From IMG/VR virus record IMGVR_UViG_3300020362_000267, positions 1 to 60,938 of that record: a stretch of 60,938 nucleotides of DNA. One strand, 5' to 3'. This document shows positions 36,877 through 45,989 of this stretch, in pieces. The notes under the pieces are model-generated. The model did no database searches, had not been told where the DNA came from, and was given only the letters and a program-made list of their open reading frames with translations. The translations under genes were made by a program, and so were the position numbers. The stretch's first letter is position 1. The number at the start of each line of letters is the position of its first letter. Source of the stretch: a virus (lineage: Duplodnaviria; Caudoviricetes).

Positions 36877-39800
36877 TATTGCATATGTTTGATAAATTGT
36901 GCGATACCAGCCTTTACAGGACCACCTTTTGCCATTCCCATTTGAGGCCCCGAATATTTAAATATGTTAGTAAAAACATCTTCAATATCCATTTCGCCTT
37001 GTTTCAACTTCTTTATATTTTTGCTTAATTCCCTGTCAGAGAGCTTTTTTAAGTGTCGCAGATTTAAAAGTTCTTGAGACGGCCCTGCGGCTGGGTTCGC
37101 CTTTGGAGGGGTATTCCTCCCTCTCAAAACATCTAAAGCAAGCAAAGGATGGTCCTCTGCAGTTGCAGGAGGGGAAAACATGTCAGAATCTTCATATAGA
37201 TCAAATAATTTTCCTTGTCTTTCAGGGTTTCCCTGTAAACTAAAATATACATTACTTGAACGATTTGGGTCCGCACCTTCTTTTTGAGAACGGCCCGCAG
37301 CATGAAGAAGAGCGGCATACCCCTCTATTCCAAATTCTTCAATTAGTTCCTCTGGAGATGCATTATCAAGTAATAAATTAGCTTGGAAGTTACTCTCGAC
37401 GGCCTCTGCAAACTCATTAGCACGAGATTCTACTTCTCCCCCCTGACGCATAAAAGGTATAAACTTGGCTATCCCTGCTTTTACATGACCGCCTTTTGCA
37501 AACTCCTGTGGCTGGTCCGTGGGCCGTGTTTCGGTCAACGCAGCCCCTGTGCCAATGCCCACGGTCCCCGCAAAACCGTATTTCTTTAGAATCTCTAAAG
37601 TGGCTGCATCAAAAACAACATAATTAAAATCGTCTGCTTCGGGGTCTAACCTATCGTACCGCGTACCACGAGTTGAATACTTGGTTCCTTTAATGCCGTT
37701 ATTGTTTAATAAAACAGAAATACGCGGGTCATCTAAACTCGAACCACCATAGAATTTGGCAATGGACAACAGAACGCCCTGACCGTCAGCCCGCCCCCGC
37801 TCGACCTCCTTAATCAACTTCTCATCGCCAATCTTACGAGCGATTGCTAAAACCTTTTCACGAACAGCAGGGTGCTGGTCCTCCATTGGGCGATAAAAAT
37901 CAATCATTTCGGTGCGCGGGTTGATGTCCATAGCTACTTGCATAAGCGTACCGTCAGAAGGTCCAAGACCTATAACCTCAAAACCATCTCGTTCCACACC
38001 CGTCTTCTCATCAACGTGAACTGCGTTTTTCAAACGTAAAGTTTTACCGTCATCAAAAGCATAATCTGTAAAGCCCTTAGCCAAATTCGTATTTGCATTG
38101 TCTGCGCCAATGCCATAAACCAATTCATCAAGCAAATCTCCTAACTCTTCGTTGTCTTCAACAAAAAGCTTGGGTCTGCCTGTCTCAGGGTCCGTTACAC
38201 GTTCTAAATTAAACCGACCAACAGTCATGTTCAAATCGTCTTCTTCAGCAAAAGGGTCTAACTCTTTACGAAAACCTACATTCCGTTTGTATGTTTCGCC
38301 CACCTGACGGAGATCCGAAAGATAAATACCATGACCAAACATGTTTGCTCCTTCACCTGTCTTTACATAGTGAAGATCAAACTTATCAAAGTCAGTTCCC
38401 GCCCCGTGCCAAGTCTCAACTTTACGGCGGCGGGCAGCTTCATTAATTTTGGGAACCATGCCCTGAATGCCGCCTTTACCTGTCGGGTACTGAACCCCCA
38501 TAGGGCCGACTTCTTTGATAACGTCCTTCATGTCAAAGCCGCCTGGGGCAAATACTCCTATAGGAGCGGTTTCAGCTCTCACTCTGAGCTCAAATAATCG
38601 GTCCTCTATTCTCTCTAATGCAGCAGGAGAAGTAGCCTTTCGTTGCGATCTTTCCAATTCACGAATTTCCGCAAACAACTTCTCCCTTTCCTCAGAGCTT
38701 CGAGCAACCTTTTCCCCCATTATTCTAAAATAATTATCGTATGAGTTTTCAGTAATGCCCAAAGCTTTCATAACTTTTTGTTGTTTTTGTATCGCGCCTT
38801 GATATCTATTAGCCATTATTTCTTTAGCGCGAGCCAAAACTTCTTCACGCATAGCGAGATTATTAGGATCTAATTTAGCCCCTTGGTCCATAGGACCTGG
38901 ATAAACCATCGCACGAGACCGCATGTTTATGGGCATATTATTTTTGGAAAGAATATCATCACGAGCCATGTTTAAAGCTTGATAAATTCTACCATTTTCG
39001 CTTTGGGGGTTTGCCTGCGATAAGTTGCCAATATTGTAGGTTCCTTGGTCAAGGCCCGTTCTTATGTTCCGGTCAACCTCATCTAGGCGTTTTACAAACT
39101 CATCAGAAATTTTTTGATAATCAGTCAGAGTAAAACCCATGCCCCCTTGAGGTAAGCCTTCAACATCTTGCAATAAATGCTGTAACTCATGAATCATGAT
39201 GCTTCTAAATTGATCTGGGTCACTCGAATTAAGCTGATCTGCTCTTATTGTAATGCGTTTATCATACGAATTAAAATGACCTAGTTCGCCATTTGGGGTC
39301 GTTTCAGAAATACGAAGTTCATATTGATTTATAAAATCCCCATATGCCTGCATAATAGGGTGGTCAGATGGCAAATGCTCTGACAAAGGACTGTCAAAGA
39401 ATTTTCCAAAGCCAGGCTCTGTTGGAAGGCCCATGTTATTGTCTAAATAAGTAATGACATTCCCGCCCTCTAAAGATCCATAATCGAAAAAGTCGTACAT
39501 GTCATGGACAATGCTGTCCATTGGGGCATCCGTCCCAAAATTAATATCGGAAAGATCTGCTTCAAATTCAGTGTAAAAAGTTACGGTTGGTTTTCCGTCT
39601 GCGTCATATATAATAGAGGGCCCTGTTCCAAAGCCTGTTTGCTTTTTTGTCTCTCTGAAAATGTCATCCGCTAAAGAGTAAACATTTTCTTTGTTTGCAA
39701 AATCAGCTTCTTTTGCCTTGTACAGCTTTTCAGCTAATTCTCTTGATTTTGTGATTTCAGGAAAAGCTCTAGCCGCCTCTTCGCCGCCCATCATTTCTGT

Positions 39801-40295
39801 CCTTGACGTGTCAGGCAAATCCTGATCCGGGGACCGTGGTACGGGAACTATCTGTCCTTCAGGTGTGACCGCGACAGGAGTATTTTTGTTTTTCATGTAT
39901 TTTATGAAGCTTGCAATGCCGTCACTTAAAAGATCCGCTCCTTTAGCGGTGGCTATCTCCCCCAAACCTATAGCACCCCCCACGAGACGTGCATCATCCC
40001 GCATTTTTTGGCGTAACTCTGTGGGGGCTTTGCCAAAAGTTTTCTCCCCCAAAACCTCAGAGCCCGCTATTTTATCTAGACCCTGCATTTGTTGAAGCAT
40101 TAAAATATTTGGTGTGACGGGAGGTAAAGAAGTAGCACCTTCGCCTACTAATCCTGCAATATCAGCAAAACTGCCCACAAGGTCGGGCCCCATTCCTTGC
40201 AAAAGACCTTTGAAAGTCTCTATGCCCTCACCTGTACGGTCGTACCCTTCCGGGTATCTTCGGGACGGCACTAAAGAAAATTTTGATTCAGCCAT
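36876..40295 (-). CDS. Large polyvalent protein: HExxH metallopeptidase-like domain plus ADP-ribosyltransferase-like (ART-PolyVal type) domain
   Basis: HELQHLLQDVEGLPQGG with a downstream GEKVAR. WHG...FDKFD...TGEGANMFGHGIYLS through GIKGTKY...NYVVFD. Confidence 0.7.
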   Translation of the reverse strand: MAESKFSLVPSRRYPEGYDRTGEGIETFKGLLQGMGPDLVGSFADIAGLVGEGATSLPPVTPNILMLQQMQGLDKIAGSEVLGEKTFGKAPTELRQKMRDDARLVGGAIGLGEIATAKGADLLSDGIASFIKYMKNKNTPVAVTPEGQIVPVPRSPDQDLPDTSRTEMMGGEEAARAFPEITKSRELAEKLYKAKEADFANKENVYSLADDIFRETKKQTGFGTGPSIIYDADGKPTVTFYTEFEADLSDINFGTDAPMDSIVHDMYDFFDYGSLEGGNVITYLDNNMGLPTEPGFGKFFDSPLSEHLPSDHPIMQAYGDFINQYELRISETTPNGELGHFNSYDKRITIRADQLNSSDPDQFRSIMIHELQHLLQDVEGLPQGGMGFTLTDYQKISDEFVKRLDEVDRNIRTGLDQGTYNIGNLSQANPQSENGRIYQALNMARDDILSKNNMPINMRSRAMVYPGPMDQGAKLDPNNLAMREEVLARAKEIMANRYQGAIQKQQKVMKALGITENSYDNYFRIMGEKVARSSEEREKLFAEIRELERSQRKATSPAALERIEDRLFELRVRAETAPIGVFAPGGFDMKDVIKEVGPMGVQYPTGKGGIQGMVPKINEAARRRKVETWHGAGTDFDKFDLHYVKTGEGANMFGHGIYLSDLRQVGETYKRNVGFRKELDPFAEEDDLNMTVGRFNLERVTDPETGRPKLFVEDNEELGDLLDELVYGIGADNANTNLAKGFTDYAFDDGKTLRLKNAVHVDEKTGVERDGFEVIGLGPSDGTLMQVAMDINPRTEMIDFYRPMEDQHPAVREKVLAIARKIGDEKLIKEVERGRADGQGVLLSIAKFYGGSSLDDPRISVLLNNNGIKGTKYSTRGTRYDRLDPEADDFNYVVFDAATLEILKKYGFAGTVGIGTGAALTETRPTDQPQEFAKGGHVKAGIAKFIPFMRQGGEVESRANEFAEAVESNFQANLLLDNASPEELIEEFGIEGYAALLHAAGRSQKEGADPNRSSNVYFSLQGNPERQGKLFDLYEDSDMFSPPATAEDHPLLALDVLRGRNTPPKANPAAGPSQELLNLRHLKKLSDRELSKNIKKLKQGEMDIEDVFTNIFKYSGPQMGMAKGGPVKAGIAQFIKHMQ

Positions 40296-41745
40296 AATAT
40301 GCGCGGACCTGAGTATGCTTATCTTCGTCTATGTCCCAATCGTCCGTGGGCAGCGATACAAAGTTACCTTGCCGATAACGCATTAACGCTTGGGTCATGC
40401 TGTCAACAAGGTCATCATACTCCCCATTTGGAAACGCTGCAACTTCTTCAATAAGCTCATCGGCAAAGGTTTCATCAGGGGCATACACCATACCTGCTTC
40501 AAACAAAGGCGAAACCGCATGTACTCTTGAAACCTTGTCATTACCTCGTGACGGAGAAAAATTCACTACAGGAATGCCGATATTGCGTAATTCATGTGTC
40601 AAAGGCATACCAGAGGCTTTTGCCTCGATTATTACTGTTTCAGGCTCCCAGAAGTTGTATTGATCCCAAGCTATCTGTTTTAACTCAGGAAAATCCCACC
40701 GCCCCTTCTTACTGTCCAGCAAAATCAACCCTCTGGGGCCCCCAGCCTCTTCTGGTCGGAATACACCCCAAGTCGTTATTGCAGAATAATCCGCCGTCTC
40801 CTTCTTTGAAAACGCAGTATCATAGCTCTGTATTACATACTCAAGATTGGGCACATCTTCGTTTTCCCATCGTTGCCACCACTCTCGTGGTATGATGGCG
40901 TTTTCTTCGCCCGTGGGCCGTTGTTGGTACTGAGCATTCCATTTCGAGGGCGGGATGGACGCTTTTACCTTTTCTAAATCATCTTTTGACCAAAACTCAG
41001 GCCATGTCGGGTCCCCGTCATCTAACAAAGCAGGCAGCTCAACTATCTCCCACTGGTCCGCTTTAGGGTCTTTATTCATCTGTCGTATGAGTTGCCCGGT
41101 CAAATCCTTCTGAGACCACCGTGTCATAACCAGAATGATAGACCCACCCGGCTGTAGTCTCTGTCGGGGGCCCCCAGTGTACCAATCCCAGGCATCATCA
41201 AAACCGTTATTGGACATTGCAGTCTGTTCAGAGTGCGGGTCGTCAATGATAACAAGGTCACCCCCTCGACCAGCGAGATTAGACCCCACGCCAACAGCAT
41301 AATACGTGCCTCCCCTGGCGGTATCCCAACGACCAGAGGCTTTACTGTCGGCGGAAAGCTTGGCTTCAGGAAATATTTCTGTGTAATCTTCCCTGTCCAA
41401 AAGGTTTTTAACCTTACGACCAAAGCCAACTGCAAGCTCCGTGGTGTGCGTCGCCTGTATTATTTTCATATTCGGATTGCGACCTATAAACCATGCAGGC
41501 AAAAAGTTCGAAGCAAACTCAGACTTCGTATGTCGCGGGGCCATGTTGATAATAAGTCTCTTGAGGGACCCGTCGGCTACCCTTTGAAACTTCTCTGCAA
41601 TGATTTTGTGATGTTCACCTGCTATGAACTCAGGCCACATGGCACGAACAAATGTTAGAAAGTCATTGCGACAAGAATCTATTCGGTCTAGTTGAGCTAA
41701 TCTTAACTGAAGTTTGACTGCTCTATCTCTTGCGTCTTCACTCAT
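40288..41745 (-). CDS. terL: Terminase large subunit
   Basis: RLIINMAPRHTKSE (Walker A-type), LVIIDDPH (Walker B), QSYDTA and DDLVDSMTQAL nuclease motifs. Confidence 0.95.
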   Translation of the reverse strand: MSEDARDRAVKLQLRLAQLDRIDSCRNDFLTFVRAMWPEFIAGEHHKIIAEKFQRVADGSLKRLIINMAPRHTKSEFASNFLPAWFIGRNPNMKIIQATHTTELAVGFGRKVKNLLDREDYTEIFPEAKLSADSKASGRWDTARGGTYYAVGVGSNLAGRGGDLVIIDDPHSEQTAMSNNGFDDAWDWYTGGPRQRLQPGGSIILVMTRWSQKDLTGQLIRQMNKDPKADQWEIVELPALLDDGDPTWPEFWSKDDLEKVKASIPPSKWNAQYQQRPTGEENAIIPREWWQRWENEDVPNLEYVIQSYDTAFSKKETADYSAITTWGVFRPEEAGGPRGLILLDSKKGRWDFPELKQIAWDQYNFWEPETVIIEAKASGMPLTHELRNIGIPVVNFSPSRGNDKVSRVHAVSPLFEAGMVYAPDETFADELIEEVAAFPNGEYDDLVDSMTQALMRYRQGNFVSLPTDDWDIDEDKHTQVRAYYG

Positions 41746-41951
41746 GCCTTTTCTTTCATCTCAACTTCTTCTTTTAATATACATTTTCTTTCAAAAAAGA
41801 TAACGGGAGAAAAGTTCTGTTCAACATTTGATGTCATCTCTTCTAATCGTTGCTCACACCGCTTTAGGGACGTGTAGGGGCCCCACAAATCTCGTATATT
41901 GAAGCACTGTGGGTCTTGTCCTATACACAAAACAATTAAAACGGTAAACAT
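41742..41951 (-). CDS. Small hypothetical protein, first gene of the late operon
   Basis: AAGGAGG Shine-Dalgarno, hydrophobic N-terminus, ATGA overlap with terL. Confidence 0.6.
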   Translation of the reverse strand: MFTVLIVLCIGQDPQCFNIRDLWGPYTSLKRCEQRLEEMTSNVEQNFSPVIFFERKCILKEEVEMKEKA

Positions 41952-42343
41952 CCTAGCCTCCTTTACGGGGTTTCATAGTTATTATATGCGATATTTTATA
42001 TAATGATATCATTTTTTTACCTATTGTTTGTGAAAAACTTGGACTTTGTCGTCGCCGACGCCGCCACCCGCCGTTTTTCGCGTCATTTTTTTGACGGTCA
42101 TTGATTTTATTGAGAAAAATTAAGTCTAGACGGGCCCCGCAACGTTTGCGCTGCGCGACGGTTTTTTGTGCGCGGGCCGTGATTAAGGGCAGCTGGCCCA
42201 CGTTATAACGCTACCAAATACCGAATCACGAGCCACGGATCACGGCTTGTAAGTTTTAAAGCGGGCCAGCCGGTCGAGCTGGGCAAGTTTTATCTGAATA
42301 TACCGGACAAGTGATCCATGCCCTTATAACTTTGAATCTCAGC

Positions 42344-42676
42344 CTGATCAGCGTGTAAACATACGACGATCGATCACGAGCTGGACGAGAATCGAATTAT
42401 TATAGGTTGTATAAACATAAAACCCGTTAAAAACGGGCATTTTGAGTCCGGTGATTGTTTTAATTGAATAAATGAATGACCAAGCGAGCTGGCCAGACTC
42501 ACGTTTAACGCGAATAAGTGTAACTGGCGGGAAAAATCGACGCGCTGCACCTCGAATCTTTTGTGCAGCTCGATCGGATTCAGGGCAAAAACCCGTAAAA
42601 ACTGGCTAAAAACTGCGATTTTCAGGCTGATCAGCGTGTAAACATACGACGATCACCAACGAGCTCAACGAGAATC
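42344..42676 (+). repeat. Direct repeat: 28-bp exact core CTGATCAGCGTGTAAACATACGACGATC (42344-42371, 42627-42654) with a degenerate extension
   Basis: Both copies continue with ACGAGCT..ACGAGAATCG; the region is non-coding. Confidence 0.85.
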
Positions 42677-42708
42677 GCGCAAAATTGGGCCTATTTTTAA
42701 CAAAACAT

Positions 42709-42735
42709 AAAAAAAAGCCCGCCGTATAGGCGGGC
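42709..42735 (-). terminator. Rho-independent terminator after the 254-aa gene
   Basis: GCCCGCC-TATAC-GGCGGGC followed by a T run on the minus strand. Confidence 0.8.
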
Positions 42736-42756
42736 CGGAGTCGTTGATTGTGAGGC

Positions 42757-43521
42757 TTATTTGGGCTTTTTATATTGGCTCGCTTCAACTGAGCTCGCGT
42801 TTGACCTGCCTTGAGATCTTCCCATGTCCCCAGCTATATGATGGCGAATTACGGCTCGCGGGCTGAGCTGGCCCATAAACTGATCGAGCTGCTCCGAATC
42901 GCTAAGCTGCTGATCCGATTCTTTAGTCGCTTCCCATTGCCTGCGTACATTGTGATAAGCAGCATAACATCCGCCCGACTCGTCGAGCTGTCCTGCAGCT
43001 CGCTTGCCAGCTCCATGACCAGAAAAGATCACGGGATAATTACGATCGCCACGTGCACATAACGGTTTACCGTCCCCGCAATCAAGACAACTGAAATTGT
43101 CCAGATATTCGGCTGGACATCTGACAAGAGTCGTCCCGTTAAAATCCCCTGATCTATACGACTTAGATTCGCGCCAAAATGATTCATCAACAATAGACAC
43201 GGCGGGCTGGCCCCGTTTGATCCACCGCACGGCCTGCTGAAAAGAATCAGCAGAAAAGTTAATCACTGTCTTAGCTGGGCTCAGCAGCTCTTTATACCAT
43301 TTTGGATGAAAGTGAGAGTAAGTCATAGATTCACCCGCGCGAGGCTTAGCATTTAACACTGAGGCCATGTAAACCAGATCAGGCATATCTGACCCGCAGC
43401 CGCTAGGATTCAAGCTGCAGCTCTTTGGGCAAGTGTCAAAAACAGACTGATCGCCCGCCCTATATGTCACCGCGCAGCCCTTAGTTTTTTTAGCTTTGCT
43501 TATTTCGACTGTCTTTAACAT
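42757..43521 (-). CDS. Cys-rich GP88/DUF7227-like putative Fe-S protein with rearranged motif order
   Basis: TCPKSC, TYSH, INFSAD, CPAE...CLDC...LC, GHG, CYA and RHHIAGD motifs. Confidence 0.55.
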   Translation of the reverse strand: MLKTVEISKAKKTKGCAVTYRAGDQSVFDTCPKSCSLNPSGCGSDMPDLVYMASVLNAKPRAGESMTYSHFHPKWYKELLSPAKTVINFSADSFQQAVRWIKRGQPAVSIVDESFWRESKSYRSGDFNGTTLVRCPAEYLDNFSCLDCGDGKPLCARGDRNYPVIFSGHGAGKRAAGQLDESGGCYAAYHNVRRQWEATKESDQQLSDSEQLDQFMGQLSPRAVIRHHIAGDMGRSQGRSNASSVEASQYKKPK

Positions 43522-43748
43522 TGCTCAATTCTCCGCCCATACTGGTCGAGCTGCGTGTAAACATTGCCCTGAATCAATTCCACAATATCTGCAGTTTCAT
43601 ATTGATCGGGCTTGTCGTAAACATCGAGCTGCCAAAATTTCCCCGCGTATTCCATCACGACTCCAGTTTCATCACCGTGAATTGGATGTTCATAAAACTT
43701 GCGGCCTGATACTTTAAAAAGCGGTTTAAAGTCTGTTATTTTGTGCAT
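43515..43748 (-). CDS. Small early hypothetical protein
   Basis: Has its own promoter and GGAG Shine-Dalgarno; FYEHPIHGDE motif. Confidence 0.65.
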   Translation of the reverse strand: MHKITDFKPLFKVSGRKFYEHPIHGDETGVVMEYAGKFWQLDVYDKPDQYETADIVELIQGNVYTQLDQYGRRIEQC

Positions 43749-43787
43749 TTTTGAATCTCCATTAATTGCACTGTTTCAATTGATATA

Positions 43788-43816
43788 AGATTAAGCCCAT
43801 ATATGACCCATGTCAA
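43788..43816 (-). promoter_or_regulatory. Sigma70-type early promoter
   Basis: TTGACA-17 nt-TAATCT. Confidence 0.75.
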
Positions 43817-43821
43817 AAAAT

Positions 43822-43851
43822 AAAAAAGCCCGCCAATATAAGCGGGCTTTT
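43822..43851 (-). terminator. Rho-independent terminator after the DUF932 gene
   Basis: AAAAGCCCGC-loop-GCGGGCTTTT with a T tract. Confidence 0.8.
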
Positions 43852-43873
43852 CTGAATGTTTAGGCTGCTGCTG

Positions 43874-45022
43874 TTAAGCTGCTAAGCTGGCCCGACTCAC
43901 GCTGGCCCAGTTGGCGGGGCTCATATTCAAAACATCACCGCCTAGCCGTTGCCAATCGTCGACATGATCAGCTTCTGCATTATTCGCGCAAGCTGTCACA
44001 GCGTTCATAAGGGTTGCACGGCTTATAGGCTGGCCCTGCTCATAGCCTGACTGTCCGATCGTATTTAAAAGCCCGTCAAAAATCGTGCTAGTTTGCTTTT
44101 TTGGAATCGCAAGCACCTTGCCAAGCTGCTCTACCGCGCCCTGCGTGTAAGTCCCTTCTATCACGTCACCTGCAGCAGCTTTCATCTGCTCAAGCACAGC
44201 GTCAAAAGATTCGCGGCTGGCATAGTTGCGGGTGATGTCCCGCAGCTTCAGACCCAATGCTGCATTATCTGCATTTTTTGCTTCATCAGATAGAATGCTC
44301 CATGTGTCATCATCACCACGAGCTGACGTAATGTGCGAGCTGCGCGACCTGTTTTGTGTTTGCATCCCGTTCAAGCAGGCCAGTGTCCAGTTAATCTGAA
44401 AAACTTGAATAGAGCCCTGACCGACTTCAGAATTGCTGATGCCGATTCCCAGTGCCATGATGTCACCGACATTCGCACCTTCGCCCAAAATGGTTTCAGA
44501 TTTGAATCTGGCGTAAAGCCTTTTTTCTGTAATGTCTGCATTTTGGATTTTCCACTGAGCTTCTGATTCCATCAGCTCAGGCAAAACAGTTTCAATGAGG
44601 TGCACATTGTCAAAAGTCTTAAACTTGTCAGAAACAAAAGCCCGGGCAATTCCGAAGCGTTCATCATTCATATGCGTTCTGATCATGCGGGTGACGGGCT
44701 CGTTTTGCCATATGGCGTTGACCAATCCGTCCCACTGCTCAGGATAGCTGCCCTGCAGCCGCCTTGCAGTCCGCACGTCTATTCCAGCACGGGTTGCTAT
44801 CTGGTCAAAAGCAACATCATTTACCTGTAAATGACGGGTTGGTTCACCGCCCTGCCCCTCAAGAATTATGCCAGATATGTTTTTATCTTCTGCATATTCT
44901 GAAGTCTTATAAAAAGCCTGATCGGTTGGTACTAAAAAGTCCTGAGACCTAGCCGCCTGATCCTGCACTTTCCGCATAAGAGCCTGTAATGTGAAGCCTT
45001 CATTTTCAATAGTATGTGTCAT
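43874..45022 (-). CDS. DUF932-like protein
   Basis: RAFVSDKFKTFDN and GIGISNSEVGQGSIQV...LACLNGM motifs. Confidence 0.7.
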   Translation of the reverse strand: MTHTIENEGFTLQALMRKVQDQAARSQDFLVPTDQAFYKTSEYAEDKNISGIILEGQGGEPTRHLQVNDVAFDQIATRAGIDVRTARRLQGSYPEQWDGLVNAIWQNEPVTRMIRTHMNDERFGIARAFVSDKFKTFDNVHLIETVLPELMESEAQWKIQNADITEKRLYARFKSETILGEGANVGDIMALGIGISNSEVGQGSIQVFQINWTLACLNGMQTQNRSRSSHITSARGDDDTWSILSDEAKNADNAALGLKLRDITRNYASRESFDAVLEQMKAAAGDVIEGTYTQGAVEQLGKVLAIPKKQTSTIFDGLLNTIGQSGYEQGQPISRATLMNAVTACANNAEADHVDDWQRLGGDVLNMSPANWASVSRASLAA

Positions 45023-45057
45023 GTGTAAATCTCCATTATGACAGTTGAACTGTAATG

Positions 45058-45086
45058 GTTATAAGCTTTGTCTTATATAGTGTCAA
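45058..45086 (-). promoter_or_regulatory. Sigma70-type early promoter
   Basis: TTGACA-17 nt-TATAAC. Confidence 0.8.
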
Positions 45087-45095
45087 TTGAATTTT

Positions 45096-45128
45096 TAAAA
45101 AAAACCCCTGCCAGAATATGGCAGGGGC
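45096..45128 (-). terminator. Rho-independent terminator
   Basis: CCCCTGCCA-loop-TGGCAGGGG followed by a long T run on the minus strand. Confidence 0.8.
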
Positions 45129-45225
45129 AAAAATCATTTTTTCTTTTTCCATTCATACCGACTTTTTACTTTTTCGATGTCGGAGCTGCCATAGAGCAGC
45201 CAATAATAAAGCTTGGCAAAAATTA

Positions 45226-45714
45226 TCATTCAGCAGCCTCCAGCTCGACCTTTTCATTGTATTCTTCATCGTAATGCTGGCGGGCTTCCTTTGTCACGAT
45301 AAAGCCCTCGCGATTCACATAATGATCGGGATTAGTAAACGTCCACATAACGCCTTCCTCAGTGTCTGTGATGATGACTGACCAAATATGTTTTAAAGCA
45401 CTCATTCTCCATTCGGTTGTCATGTCTGAGATAAACACGTTTTGCATGTCTGCTATTTTGGCAAAAGCTGCACCAAGTGATAGGAAATAGTCCCCGTGAG
45501 AATCCCTTATTTCCTCATAAGGAAATTCTGTAGCTTCAATGACGTTACTTTCAATTGTGAAGTCGTGCCCGTCATCAGTCCGTTTCCATTCAAATTCATC
45601 AGGATTGTAATTTGCCTTTTCAAAAGCCTCTTCTTCACTTTCGGCAATTACAATGGTCTCATATCCAACATCTTTTGTTGCTGATACTAAAAAACTTTTC
45701 ATGTCAGTGCCCAC
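45226..45714 (-). CDS. Early hypothetical acidic protein
   Basis: IAESEEEAFEKA motif common in small phage early proteins; exact start uncertain. Confidence 0.6.
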   Translation of the reverse strand: MGTDMKSFLVSATKDVGYETIVIAESEEEAFEKANYNPDEFEWKRTDDGHDFTIESNVIEATEFPYEEIRDSHGDYFLSLGAAFAKIADMQNVFISDMTTEWRMSALKHIWSVIITDTEEGVMWTFTNPDHYVNREGFIVTKEARQHYDEEYNEKVELEAAE

Positions 45715-45980
45715 CTTTCCCGCAGCTCAGAAATTGCCCTCAACACTTTTCTCATTCGTTCGATTTTATCAAATTCTGCATCATCACTTATGTGCGGAAG
45801 CGAATCGTCTAGAGTGTTATAAATTTTTGTTGGGGATAAGATCCCAATTCCAGAATATTCCCCTTCACCAGTTACATTTTTATCATAAACTTGAAAAATC
45901 TGTTCCAAGTCTTTTATAGCTTTCAGAACATTACAGAGCCTCATTTCATCTGAAGCAACTAAAACTGTTTTATTCATCAC
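45699..45980 (-). CDS. Early hypothetical protein
   Basis: AGGAGG Shine-Dalgarno; operon packing. Confidence 0.55.
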   Translation of the reverse strand: MMNKTVLVASDEMRLCNVLKAIKDLEQIFQVYDKNVTGEGEYSGIGILSPTKIYNTLDDSLPHISDDAEFDKIERMRKVLRAISELRERWALT

Positions 45981-45989
45981 GATGCCTCC

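Noticed and set aside
317..41658. Many plus-strand ORFs in the track across the late arm
   Set aside because: They are antisense shadows of tightly packed, translationally coupled minus-strand genes and show no recognisable motifs.
42344..42654. 28-bp repeat pair as a mini CRISPR array
   Set aside because: Only two copies, separated by about 255 bp, and no cas genes.
41953..42788. Minus-strand ORFs 41953-42201 and 42606-42788
   Set aside because: They run through promoter, repeat and terminator sequence, lack a convincing ribosome-binding site and have atypical composition.
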